Positions 1-11,650 of a stretch of 64,000 bases of DNA are shown here, one piece after another. The position numbers were made by a program, and so were the translations under genes. This DNA comes from Eledone cirrhosa (Eukaryota): the NCBI GenBank assembly GCA_964016885.1, contig OZ024762.1:26722001-26786000 (forward strand). The letters are read 5' to 3'. The notes under the pieces are model-generated. The model ran no database searches. It saw only the letters and a list, made by a program, of their open reading frames with translations, and was not told where the DNA came from. Numbering within the stretch: position 1 is the stretch's first letter; the number at the start of each line of letters is the position of its first letter.

Positions 1-990
1 ATTATAAACATTATTTTGAACTATGAATTATCCATGCATTTATTATTGTTTCTCTTATATATATATATATATGTATTTCACTTTAACACCTAGAACTTTA
101 TTATATAAAATTATAACCATTATCATTTACCTAAAGTATACTGTATCACTAATACATAATATAAAATATAACCATATATAACTCCCTGTATCTTTCTATA
201 CATAATTTTCAGTTAACATATAAATTTTTTGATTGTTTTTACTTTGAGCTAGGAATTATTAATACATTTACACACGGTTATATATAGGTATATATTTAAT
301 TTTAACATGCCTCAATCTATTATTTTATTTTTATTTTATTTTCATTATCATTTACCTAAAATATACTGGCTCATTAATTAATATATATCTATATACATAA
401 CCGTTATTTAAATTTTTCTAACAATAAGTACTTCAAAAGCTTTACATACCTAATACGTTGACAAGGACTAACTTCATTAAAGATTACATTTAGGAAAAAT
501 ATCCATCAGTGTAAACTTTCCTTAATAATGGCCAGCTAAATTCTTTAAATCTTATAATCAAAAAAATTCAGAAGCTTAGAAATGTTAACACGCTTATAAA
601 ATTTACAAAACTAATATATAAATAAAAAAAACCTAAAATGTTGATTCTTCACCCTAAGATAACATAAATTAAATATTTTCAAACCTAACCGTTTAATTTC
701 GGAAAAGAATCTCCTTCTGCATACATTACCCCCCTCATCTTTCCTTCTCGCTCACTGACTGTTATAATTCATGAAATGCTTTCCTAGATAAATTGTAGTA
801 TCATCGATATTAAAATCTCGATAACTGGTGCATTAAGCAACGTTTTTCTTACTCAGACATTCTCTATTGAATTTATTGCGTTTTCGCATTTTCTCATTAT
901 TAGGGTATAAATGTTAAATTTTCTCTTAGGTTAATCACTACCTTGATTAAATCTTAACCATTTAACATCTCAGAGTATGTCATATATCAT

Positions 991-1050
991 TGTATTTTGT
1001 CTGATGAGGACATACTGTTGTACATCCGAAATATGTATGATAAAATGTAA
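991..1050 (+). ncRNA. Degenerate type I hammerhead motif at the 3' end of a PLE-like remnant
   Basis: tattttgt-CTGATGA(1001-1007)-gga..tcc-GAAA-tatgta-tg-ataaaatg. The cleavage triplet reads ATG rather than NUH, so it is probably inactive. Same family as the 36291 and 57171 motifs. Confidence 0.6.
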
Positions 1051-1199
1051 TTGATCAAAAGAACATCTATTTTATTAATTCTAATATACATATTATATAT
1101 ATATTTATATTCTAATATATATATATATTATATATAATATATATGTATATATATATATATTATATATATATTATATATAATATATATGTATATATATAT

Positions 1200-1232
<33 letters not shown>

Positions 1233-1310
1233 ATATATAATATGTATATATATATATAATATGTATATATATATATATTTATATTATATATATATATTAT
1301 ATATTATATA

Positions 1311-1348
<38 letters not shown>

Positions 1349-1352
1349 TTAT

Positions 1353-1449
<97 letters not shown>

Positions 1450-1450
<1 letters not shown>

Positions 1451-1680
1451 CGAAGGGAATGTGGTAAGGAACCAGGTGGACCATAACGCACCAAAGTACT
1501 CAATACTTAGGGTAGTAGAGTGGGTAATAGGAACAAGTAAGACCCCGACGGCTGAGCTCAAGCCGTTTCGACGGCTAATTCGGTACTGAATGAAAATTTA
1601 TTCTGGTATTTAAATAGCCGAACTTATCAAGGGGTAATTCCATATACGGTCAAAGAGATAATCACCAGGATTGGTCACAT
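1450..1680 (-). mobile_element. PLE pseudo-LTR-like repeat, family A (HHR-bearing)
   Basis: Near-identical sequence at 41612, 48492 and 62160-62385. All four copies share the same end (aacgaagg(g/a)aatgtgg) next to (TA)n. Confidence 0.75.
1542..1635 (-). ncRNA. Type I hammerhead with U3-A8 variant core
   Basis: Minus strand: acccc-TTGATAA-gttcggcta...tagccgtc-GAAA-cggct-tgagctc-agccg-TC-ggggt. Stems I, II and III all pair, with a GUC triplet. Confidence 0.7.
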
Positions 1681-1935
1681 CACAAGTTAGTAGTAAATCT
1701 GTGATGGCAAGTTGGTGGGGGAGGGGGCAGCTAAACCTGCCGGTAGGAGAAAAAGGGAGAGGGGCTGGAGTAGACCCATTCATGCGTTGGTAGTGCCAGC
1801 TACAGCTGGGTGTGAGGTCAAAGAGGATACTGGGGAGGGGGAGGGGAGGAGGTCGAAACGGTAAGTAGAACAATGAAAGGTAAAACTATAAAAGGTACTG
1901 AGAGAGAAAAAAATAAAATAAAATAAGCAAAATGT

Positions 1936-1990
1936 ATTGCTATATATATTTCGGTGACAGCCATCCTTGGCTGTGATCTCTTCAGGCAGT
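1936..1990 (-). ncRNA. Type I hammerhead in Naiad 3' pLTR
   Basis: Minus strand: actgc-CTGAAGA-gatcacagccaaggatggctgtcacc-GAAA-tatata-TA-gcaat, with a palindromic stem III. Confidence 0.8.
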
Positions 1991-3059
1991 CCGAATTGTT
2001 GTCGTAGAGACAGGTACACATGTTGTTGAAGTGTTTTACTCCGTCAATACTCCGATATGCCCAGATCCTGGTTGGGTTGTTATTTCTCTGAGGAACTGGA
2101 ATCATATGAATTCGAACAAACGAATTCCGGTATCATAGGATACGCTTGTCTCCCATTGGTCAGTTGTGAGAACATTCCTCACTCAAAAGTCTATAGAAAT
2201 TTTTCTGAAGCAAGACAATCTGTTGTAGGTGTTTTTGTTAAGTACAGCTGACCTCCTTGTGTTGGTAGTGGTATTGGTGTTAGGGGTCAGCTGGCAGGTC
2301 AGCATTAGTTCGGCTGCTGCTATGCTTAGAAGAATTTGTGTGTGTGGGTTGGCATCTATCCTGCCACCATTTCACGTTGTGGGGGTGCCAAGTAGATGAA
2401 GAAATAAGATTAAGTAAAATGGAGAAATAAAAGAATAGCAGGCAATAAAATGAAGAATAAAAAAAATAATAAAGTAATAAAATAATGAAAAGAATAAAAT
2501 AATAAAAGGATAAAATAAAATGCGTGTCTTTTATAACCAATCTCAATGTTTGAAAGATTTGGAAAATATTGACTGAAGTAGAAAGGTTGTGTGTCAGAAT
2601 CGAGAAGTGCAAAGGATTACAATCTTTACACTATCACGGGGTGGTGCGTTTTAAGATCAAATGAGACAAGGGTGGAGTGTAAAACACCAAAACCTGAGTG
2701 TCAAAATCCGGAAATGCATAGGACAACAGTTCTTATTTAGGCATAGAGTACATATGCGTGTATGTCACCTCACATCGTTCCAAGCACTCATGCACAAACA
2801 CAGGATCAGGTGCATCCCATATTCACACACACACACACATTATAAATCCACACATACACACCCACATACACACACACACATACATACATACACCCACATG
2901 CACACACACACACACACTCACACACACACATGTAAGTATCTGTGCATGTACAATCTAAATAACAGTATCTATGTATGGACATATGCATAAGTATGTGCTG
3001 TCGTAGGAGTCGATTGAGGCCGGGGTAGGGGTGGTTATTGTGCAGAGGGTAGTTTAGCA

Positions 3060-4930
3060 TGGGCTCGGTGTGGTGGGGCTACTTTCCTGATTTTGGACCA
3101 GGCCAGAGAGTACGGGGTCCTGTCCAGCTTGAGCTTCTAGATCAGTTCGGAAAGAGCCATACTTTTCCTTTTTGTCCTCCCTATTAAAGGAATGGCGATG
3201 GTTATACCATCGGTCTTTAAAGCTCGTTGATGTGGATCCTATGTAAATGTGTTTAGAGTTGGGGTTTTTTTCTCTACATCCGTATATTAAGTTCTTATTT
3301 AGTCATTCGTTACTAAGGTGGCATAATTCGGGGTTTCTGCAGTTGCAGGATGTGGTCGACCTCCGCGTGCCTAGTGTGGGGTTCCCGTTGCGTATTATAT
3401 GGTGGTCCTCCCCGGGGACTGGTGGGGGGTCTCTGGGTCTGTTTGGCTTTCTAGGGTTGCTACTGGGTCTACCCTTCTTTCCCTCCACATGGTTCTGCTG
3501 GGTGCTTATATTGCCAGCTTCTGGTTGTGTGTGGTATTTAAGTCTACCCCTATTGATGCTAGCTATGTGCTTGGGCCACATTTCGCGTGAAATAATAGGA
3601 GAGCTTCACAGTGTGTCTGTTGAAGATCTTGCAGTATATATGGTCCCTCGGGAAGCAATAATCTAGATATCTAAAGAATGAGCGGGCCAAGCTGTTCTTT
3701 AGGGCCGCTGAATAGGGTGGGTTGTACCACGTGATTCTTCTGTGTCTACTCCTATGTGGATGGGTTGAGCGTGCTGTGGGTTGTTGGGGAGTTGTTGGGT
3801 TGGTAATGGTCCCCGTATTGTTGCTTCCCCTTCGGGTGCTATGTGTTTTGCTAACTTCCCGGCCCGTATATGTGGGGTGGTTGTTTCCCACGCTGGGAGT
3901 TCTACAATGGGATGGTCCTCCATCAGTCCCTCTTCGTGTTTTGCGGTTGGGGCGTCGGGCCCGGGGTGGTTAGTATCACGCCTGAGACCGCTACTCGTAT
4001 TGGGTTTCCTCCCATAGTTATGCCTACGCGTCCCCCTCGCCAATGTAGTGGTGTCGTGCTCATGGTGTTTAGTTGTTTCCACTCTGTCTGTATTGTTAGG
4101 TCCCCCCTCCCGGATACCGTGGGTCGGGATGTCCGGTGGGCTATCCCCACCATTTCGCCTCAGATTATATGATATATTTTGTCCATGCGCCGCCTTATTT
4201 AGAGCTGCGTTGTAATATTATTTTGTGTTGCTATAGAAGATCTCCTTATTTGCGGACAGGCTGGAGATCCTGTCCGAGACACTCTTCACTGCGGCATTAA
4301 TTATGGATCTAGGGTGGTTTGACTTGGCGTTAACATATACCAGTTTCTTGTTGGGCTTGTGAAAGGGGTATTATTGTTTGGTGTTCAGGTTTAGGTTGGT
4401 GTCTAGGAAGTTAACTACCTTTCTATTTGGGTCTAGATCGATACTGAGACCATGGGTCTTAAATAAATTCCGCATACGCCTCTTCATTCTCTCCATCATA
4501 GTGGTGCTGTGGTCATAGACTGTGAAGAGAGCATCGTCACGATACAATCCGCCGTCCAGGCAGGCGATTTCTTCTTTTATCTGCTTCAGCAGGAAGAGCC
4601 CAACCAGGTCCGTTACCTGTGCAGAGTCGCTGGAGCCCATCGCGATATCAAAGTTATTTGGCTAATCACTCCTGGTCCAAAGGTCTCCACTGAAACGGAT
4701 GAAAATATTTCGGGCTGCGTGGATGATGCCCACCTTCTCGCAGGTTAGGTCTGTATTGGAGATCGCTAAAAAAGGGCTTTATTGAGTACTATGGGCGAGA
4801 TTGAGGAGTAGTAACCCGCAATATCCAGTTAGATAAAGCTCGCCCTACTTTTCCCAGCTAGTATATTAAACCATTCTATTACCTCCCCGTGCATGACCAT
4901 TGCTGTAATCTAGTTTTTTCCGTCCTTTGA
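3060..4930 (-). pseudogene. Fragmented PLE RT-GIY-YIG ORF
   Basis: Homology is spread over ORFs 4371-4640, 3559-3891 and 3303-3581 plus untracked frames, with several stops and frameshifts. Confidence 0.85.
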
Positions 4931-5087
4931 CGACGAAATTCGTTTGGTCGAATTCATATGATTCCAGTACCTTAGAGTAATAACAAGCTCAGAGAAATAA
5001 CAACCCAACCAGGAGCTGGGCATATCGGAGTATTGACAGTAAAACACTTCAACAACATGTGTACCTGTCTCTACGGCACCAATTCGG

Positions 5088-5142
5088 ACTGACTGAAGAG
5101 ATCACAGGCAAGGATGGCTGTCACCGAAATGTATATAGCAGT
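5088..5142 (+). ncRNA. Type I hammerhead in inverted 5' pLTR
   Basis: actga-CTGAAGA(5093-5099)-...gtcacc-GAAA-tgtata-TA-gcagt. Confidence 0.75.
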
Positions 5143-5205
5143 AAATAAATGTATATAGCTGTAAATAAGGTGCTCAAATGAGAAGAAATCCTGAGCTCTT
5201 TAAGA

Positions 5206-5299
5206 TACAATATGTTGAAAAGGTAACACTCTAGAGAGAGATATACTGATATATTGATCGCGCACTGTATATCTCTCTCTAGTGTGTTACCTTTTCAAC

Positions 5300-5305
<6 letters not shown>
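5206..5305. repeat. Short fold-back (inverted repeat) next to (TA)n
   Basis: Arms aatatgttgaaaaggtaacactctagagagagatatac / gtatatctctctctagtgtgttaccttttcaacatatt. One arm recurs at about 48341-48380. Confidence 0.7.
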
Positions 5306-5354
<49 letters not shown>

Positions 5355-5362
<8 letters not shown>

Positions 5363-5737
5363 CGTAAAATAAGAAAATATTTTTTAAAAAAATTTTTAAA
5401 AAATTTTTTACTTACTTAAATTTTCACTCCAACTAATTAGTTTCTGCAATGGGAGGCTCAGCTGAGAATAGACTCCCTGATGACGCAATGAATTCTCGAC
5501 AGTTGGATTATGTAACTGTCTTTATCCCATTGCAGAAACTAATTAGTTGGAGTGAAAATTTAAGTAAGTAAAAAATTTTTTTAAAATTTTTTTAAAAAAT
5601 ATTTTCTTATTTTACGTCTTTTATATTATTGTTCTGCACCCTTCTGCATTGAACCACCTAGGTACTATGACATAACCTGTGTATTTGCTGGCATGGACGT
5701 GCATCTGTGCGCCTATGTTAGTTGATATATTAAATTA

Positions 5738-5740
<3 letters not shown>
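5355..5740 (+). mobile_element. Fold-back PLE pLTR remnant in (TA)n
   Basis: About 95-bp perfect inverted arms (5355-5453 / 5526-5625) around an HHR, plus a 3' tail to about 5740. Confidence 0.75.
5472..5553 (+). ncRNA. Type I hammerhead with extended stem II
   Basis: actcc-CTGATGA(5477-5483)-cgcaatg..gacagtt/aactgtc..cattgca-GAAA-ctaattag-TT-ggagt. Confidence 0.8.
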
Positions 5741-5779
<39 letters not shown>

Positions 5780-5841
5780 TATATATATATTATATATAAT
5801 ATATTTATAGTTATGTAATAAACAACATAAGGCAATTATTC

Positions 5842-5895
5842 CATTTACGAGTGGTTTCTTAAAAGCAAAAAGTTTTGCTTTCAATCATCAGAATG
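5842..5895 (-). ncRNA. Type I hammerhead
   Basis: Minus strand: catt-CTGATGA-ttgaaagcaaaa-ct-ttttgcttttaa-GAAA-ccactcg-TA-aatg. A degenerate relative lies at 22598-22658 (+). Confidence 0.75.
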
Positions 5896-6027
5896 AAAAA
5901 ATCCTGGTGTATTTATTGATATTGGATTCTAAAAACAAAAATGCAATCTATATGAAAGTGAGGCTGGAGAAGGAAAAAGGAAAGGAAAAAGAAAATAAAA
6001 TCACACATGCAAACACTGACAAAGGAA

Positions 6028-6068
6028 CGCTGTACTAGTTTCAAACTTATTAGCTATCGTCAGCAACG
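6028..6068 (-). ncRNA. Minimal type I hammerhead
   Basis: Minus strand: cgttg-CTGACGA-tagctaataagttt-GAAA-ctag-TA-cagcg. Confidence 0.8.
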
Positions 6069-6203
6069 TATACCTTCCTGCCAGATGGTTGAACGACTGA
6101 AACTCGTTGAACTCACTCGATATGCAAATTGGGCTGCTCAGCCGTTAATATGCATAAAGAAAGTATATACTTCAGACGTTCAGTCATCTGGTAGGAAGGT
6201 ATA

Positions 6204-6244
6204 CGTTGCTGACGATAGCTAATAAGCTTGAAACTAGTACAGCG
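6204..6244 (+). ncRNA. Minimal type I hammerhead
   Basis: cgttg-CTGACGA-tagct-aata-agctt-GAAA-ctag-TA-cagcg. Confidence 0.88.
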
Positions 6245-6789
6245 TTCCTTTGTCAGTGTTGAACAAATGAGCAACGTTGGTTGCTAGACACTGTACGGAT
6301 TAATTCGGGTTGTTTGTTTACAAACACACCGAGCATTATAATAAATGTTCCGTGAATCCATACGTACATATATATATATGTGTGCATGTATGTATATATA
6401 TGTACATACTACTGTACGTCTGTATACATATATGTATGTACGTATACATACTTATATTTAAGTTACCGCCGTACTAAGAGTGAGAAATCAAATTTCGTTT
6501 CATTTTTTCCGTTTATCGTTTTCGGTGCGTCCGGCCGGTTAACTCACTCGATATGCAAATTGGGCTGCTCAGCCGTTAATATGCATATGGAAAGTATATA
6601 CTTTCAGACGTTCAACCATGTATATATATATATACATACTACTGTACGTCTGTATACATATATGTATGTATGAATACATACTTATATATATATATATAGA
6701 TATATAGATATATATATATGTATATGTATATGTGTGTGTGTATGTGTGTGTGTGTATGTATATATTTATATGTATGTATGTGTATGTGT

Positions 6790-7145
6790 TTTGCTTACCA
6801 CGTGTGTTTGTTTATTTATTTGTGTCCTTTCCTGTATTGCTGTCAACTTTATAATAATTTTTATTTTCTAAAGTCCTATATTTTTTTTATGTGCCGGCAT
6901 TATATGTTTGTTGATTGTTTTTTATTTTTTCTTATAATTAATTGTGTGTATGCATATATTTATATGTATGTACGTGTATGTGTATTGCTTACCACGTGTG
7001 TTTGTTTATTTATTTGTGTCCTTTCCTGTATCGCTGTCAAATTTATAATAATTTTTATTTTCTAAAGTCGTATATTTTTTTATGTGCCGGCATTATATGT
7101 TTGTTCATTGTTTTTTTATTTTTAATTATAATTAATTGTGTGTGT
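6790..7145. repeat. Tandem duplication of about 190 bp
   Basis: ttgcttaccacgtgtgtttgtttatttatttgtgtcctttcctgtat... occurs twice (about 6791 and 6985). Confidence 0.75.
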
Positions 7146-7248
7146 GCTTATGTAGGTGTGTGTATATAATTCTATATATGTGTGTGCGTATGTATGCGTG
7201 TATATATGTGTGTATGTATGTACGTGTGTATATATATATGTGTATGTT

Positions 7249-7346
<98 letters not shown>

Positions 7347-7404
7347 AATGTAAGTATGCATGTATACGTACATACATATATGTATACAGACGTACAGTAG
7401 CATG

Positions 7405-7435
<31 letters not shown>

Positions 7436-7604
7436 ATGTATATACATATGCATACAGGTACACATACATATATGCACGTATCAGTTTAGCGGCGCTTATT
7501 ATAACGTCGCTTTGTTCGTTTGTAAACAAACTGAACAGCCTGAATTTATGCCATACGGTGTTAAGGCAACCACGTCACCTTTTTGTTCAACACTGACACA
7601 GGAA

Positions 7605-7645
7605 CGATGTACTAGTTTCAAGCTTGTTAGCTATCATCAGCACCG
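7605..7645 (-). ncRNA. Minimal type I hammerhead, array monomer 1
   Basis: Minus strand: cggtg-CTGATGA-tagct-aaca-agctt-GAAA-ctag-TA-catcg. Confidence 0.9.
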
Positions 7646-8070
7646 TTTACCCATCTGCAAGATAGTTGAACGTTCGAAAGTATATACTTTCCTTATGAAA
7701 ATTAACGGCTGAGCAGCCTAATTTGCATATTGAGTGAGTTAAATCGGTCAGGCATACCGAAAACGATAAATTGAAACAAAATGAAAACGAAATTTCATTT
7801 CTCACTCTTAGTATGGCACTTACTTAAATGTAAGTATGCATGTATACGTACATACATATATGTATACAGACGTACAGTAGCATGCACATATATATATATA
7901 TATACATATATATATACATATGCATACAGGTACACATACATATATGCACGTATCAGTTTAGCGGCGCTAACGTCGCTTTGTTCGTTTGTAAACAAACTGA
8001 ACAGCCTGAATTTATGCCATACGGTGTTAAGGCAACCACGTCACCTTTTTGTTCAACATTGACACAGGAA

Positions 8071-8111
8071 CGATGTACTAGTTTCAAGCTTGTTAGCTAT
8101 CATCAGCACCG
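8071..8111 (-). ncRNA. Minimal type I hammerhead, array monomer 2
   Basis: Identical to 7605-7645. Confidence 0.9.
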
Positions 8112-8542
8112 TTTACCCATCTGCCAGATAGTTGAACGTTCGAAAGTATATACTTTCCTTATGAAAATTAACGGCTGAGCAGCCTAATTTGCATATTGAG
8201 TGAGTTAAATCGGTCAGGCATACCGAAAACGATAAATTGAAACAAAATGCAAACGAAATTTCATTTCTCAGTCTTAGTATGGCACTTACTTAAATGTAAG
8301 TATGCATGTATACGTACATACATATATGTATACAGACGTACAGTAGCATGCACATATATATATATATATACATATATATATACATATGCATACAGGTACA
8401 CATACATATATGCACGTATCAGTTTAGCGGCGCTTATTATAACGTCGCTTTGTTCGTTTGTAAACAAACTGAACAGCCTGAATTTATGCCATACGGTGTT
8501 AAGGCAACCACGTCACCTTTTTGTTCAACACTGACACAGGAA

Positions 8543-8583
8543 CGATGTACTAGTTTCAAGCTTGTTAGCTATCATCAGCACCG
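8543..8583 (-). ncRNA. Minimal type I hammerhead, array monomer 3
   Basis: Identical to 7605-7645. Confidence 0.9.
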
Positions 8584-9008
8584 TTTACCCATCTGCCAGA
8601 TAGTTGAACGTTCGAAAGTATATACTTACCTTATGAAAATTAACGGCTGAGCAGCCTAATTTGCATATTGAGTGAGTTAAATCGGTCAGGCATACCGAAA
8701 ACGATAAATTGAAACAAAATGAAAACGAAATTTCATTTCTCACTCTTAGTATGGCACTTACTTAAATGTAAGTATGCATGTATACGTACATACATATATG
8801 TATACAGACGTACAGTAGCATGCACATATATATATATATACATATATATATATACATATGCATACAGGTACACATACATATATGCACGTATCAGTTTAGC
8901 GGCGCTAACGTCGCTTTGTTCGTTTGTAAACAAACTGAACAGCCTGAATTTATGCCATACGGTGTTAAGGCAACCACGTCACCTTTTTGTTCAACACTGA
9001 CACAGGAA

Positions 9009-9049
9009 CGATGTACTAGTTTCAAGCTTGTTAGCTATCATCAGCACCG
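9009..9049 (-). ncRNA. Minimal type I hammerhead, array monomer 4
   Basis: Identical to 7605-7645. Confidence 0.9.
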
Positions 9050-9504
9050 TTTACCCATCTGCAAGATAGTTGAACGTTCGAAAGTATATACTTTCCTTAT
9101 GAAAATTAACGGCTGAGCAGCCTAATTTGCATATTGAGTGAGTTAAATCGGTCAGGCATACCGAAAACGATAAATTGAAACAAAATGAAAACGAAATTTC
9201 ATTTCTCACTCTTAGTATGGCACTTATGTAAGTATAGCACTTATGTAAGTATGGCACTTATGTAAGTATGCATGTATACGTACATACATATATGTATACA
9301 GACGTACAGTAGCATGCACATATATATATATATATATACATATATATATACATATGCATACAGGTACACATACATATATGCACGTATCAGTTTAGCGGCG
9401 CTAACGTCGCTTTGTTCGTTTGTAAACAAACTGAACAGCCTGAATTTATGCCATACGGTGTTAAGGCAACCACGTCACCTTTTTGTTCAACACTGACACA
9501 GGAA

Positions 9505-9545
9505 CGATGTACTAGTTTCAAGCTTGTTAGCTATCATCAGCACCG
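9505..9545 (-). ncRNA. Minimal type I hammerhead, array monomer 5
   Basis: Identical to 7605-7645. The direct array is truncated about 4 nt upstream of it. Confidence 0.9.
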
Positions 9546-9631
9546 TTTATGCAAATTAGGCTGCTCAGCCGTTAATTTTCATAAGGAAAGTATATACTTT
9601 CGAACGTTCAACTATCTGGCAGATGGGTAAA

Positions 9632-9672
9632 CGGTGCTGATGATAGCTAACAAGCTTGAAACTAGTATATCG
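9632..9672 (+). ncRNA. Minimal type I hammerhead, inverted terminal monomer
   Basis: cggtg-CTGATGA-tagctaacaagctt-GAAA-ctag-TA-tatcg. Confidence 0.88.
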
Positions 9673-9973
9673 TTCCTGTGTCAGTGTTGAACAAAAAGGT
9701 GACGTGGTTGCCTTAACACCGTATGGCATAAATTCAGGCTGTTCAGTTTGTTTACAAACGAACAAAGCGACGTTAGCGCCGCTAAACTGATACGTGCATA
9801 TATGTATGTGTACCTGTATGCATATGTATATATATATGTATATATATATATATATATGTGCATGCTACTGTACGTCTGTATACATATATGTATGTGCGTA
9901 TACATGCATACTTACATTTAAGTAAGTGCCATACTAAGAGTGAGAAATGAAATTTCGTTTTCATTTTGTTTCA

Positions 9974-10029
<56 letters not shown>

Positions 10030-10059
10030 AGATCAAAAGATGGTTAAAAGAGTTCCATG

Positions 10060-10130
10060 TATTTTATTATGCGCATTTCAAAAACAAATATCATCATGCA
10101 ATAACATTTGCGTTTTCGTCAGATAAAATA
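10060..10130 (-). ncRNA. Type I hammerhead
   Basis: Reverse complement of the 10260-10330 motif. Confidence 0.85.
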
Positions 10131-10259
10131 GGGAGACATCATATGAAGGTTAAAACACACTTGTAAATAGTGCAGTTTTAAATCAACATATTTAATATGA
10201 TATGTTGATTTTAAATGCACTATTCACAACTGTGTTTTAACCTTCAAATCATGTCTCCC

Positions 10260-10330
10260 TATTTTATCTGACGAAAACGCAAATGTTATTGCATGATGAT
10301 ATTTGTTTTTGAAATGCGCATAATAAAATA
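10260..10330 (+). ncRNA. Type I hammerhead
   Basis: tattttat-CTGACGA-aaacgcaaatgttat..atatttgttttt-GAAA-tgcgca-TA-ataaaata, with an 8-bp stem I and palindromic stem III. Confidence 0.88.
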
Positions 10331-10456
10331 CGTGGAACTCTTTTAACCATCTTTTGATCTTATATATTATTTATACTCCGGTCCTACAAACTGTAGAGCG
10401 CTACTTATCCGATATCTGCATTGCTTTATTGTACTACAATAAAACTCACCTCCTAC

Positions 10457-10608
<152 letters not shown>

Positions 10609-10964
10609 ATATATATATATGTATATATATATATAATATATATGTATATATATATATAATATATATATATATAATATATATATATTATATATATATACAT
10701 ATATTATATATATATGTATACATATATATATTATTTACATTATACATATATATACATATAGAAATTATTTACATTATTTACATATATATATTATTTGCAT
10801 TTGTAGGAGCATTTACACGCATTTATACACATACCCTAACTATATTTCCTTATTTTATTTTTATATATCTCTTGCATTACTTTTATTTATATATATTGTT
10901 TTTGCCCGTTAAACTTTTGCCTTTCTTGAGGAGATTTTTCAAATATTTCACTATGTTTTAAATT

Positions 10965-11120
10965 GCCTTCTCTGACGAACGAATGAGGACAATTCTTGTA
11001 TTCGTCTTATTCGTGAAACCTCTGCTAATGAGATAATTATATTGTATTGTTTATTATACATTTAACTGCTCTGTAACTTACATAGAGCACTCTTCAATTT
11101 TCAACGGAAACTTCAATACT
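10965..11120 (+). ncRNA. Partial hammerhead-like motif plus PLE-like tail
   Basis: CTGACGA(10972-10978)-acgaatgaggac/gtcttattcgt-GAAA(11015). Stems I and III pair poorly. A collapsed inverted copy lies at about 12010-12047. Confidence 0.45.
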
Positions 11121-11177
11121 TATATATATATATATATATATTTCGTTTCTGAAATAATATATACTATATATAAATAT

Positions 11178-11309
<132 letters not shown>

Positions 11310-11512
11310 TTGCATATATATATATATAAAATATATATGATATATATATTTATATAGTATATATATATATATATATAATATATATTATATATATATTTAT
11401 ATAGTATATATATTATATATATTATATATATATTCATATAATATATATATATATATATATAAATTAATAAAATAATGAATAAACAAAGAAACAGTTCCTT
11501 ATATTAAAAAAT

Positions 11513-11650
11513 TCATCATGTTACGATCGTTTCTAGGCTATATATGATAGTGTGTGTATGCATATCCTATAGATCTATGTAAAATTTTTACAAACTATCA
11601 GAGGGAGTATACATACCTACACATATATATGCTGTCTTCAGAAATAATGA
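11513..11650 (-). ncRNA. Type I hammerhead with ~100-nt stem II
   Basis: Minus strand: tcattattt-CTGAAGA-[long imperfect hairpin]-GAAA-cgatcg-TA-acatgatga (8 of 9 stem I positions pair). Confidence 0.6.

Larger units (their letters stand above)
1936..5165 (-). mobile_element. Naiad-type Penelope-like retroelement, 5'-truncated and decayed, with 3' pLTR and inverted 5' pLTR
   Basis: RT motifs FDIAMGSSDSAQVTDLVG and GGLYRDD (4371-4660), WYNPPYS linker, CNC..C and IYIGSTSTSFKDRWYNH GIY-YIG region (3180-3350). 1936-2125 is repeated in inverted orientation at 4935-5142. Confidence 0.9.
6010..6690. mobile_element. Dispersed retrozyme-like family copy (short minus arm plus >1 monomer on plus)
   Basis: Homologous to the 7345-9978 array monomer. 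HHRs at 6028-6068 (-) and 6204-6244 (+). Confidence 0.8.
7345..9978 (-). mobile_element. Tandem array of HHR-bearing ~470-bp monomers (non-LTR retrozyme-like) with an inverted terminal copy
   Basis: About 4.7 direct monomers (HHR-to-HHR spacing 466, 472, 466, 496 bp) followed by an inverted ~430-bp copy (9549-9978). Flanked by (TA)n on both sides, with no credible ORF. Confidence 0.85.

Noticed and set aside
2055-2110. Possible SECIS element (minus strand AUGA-helix-AAA) in the Naiad pLTR
   Set aside because: The 3' side reads GGGCAUAU, which pairs Watson-Crick with AUAUG and lacks the GA needed for the tandem G.A quartet.
7360-9964. Repeated 60-114 aa ORFs in the tandem array
   Set aside because: They recur only because the DNA is repeated, run through microsatellite, shift frame between monomers and resemble no known domain.
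7345-9978. CRISPR-like array
   Set aside because: The units are ~470-bp near-identical monomers without unique spacers, the context is eukaryotic, and there are no cas genes.
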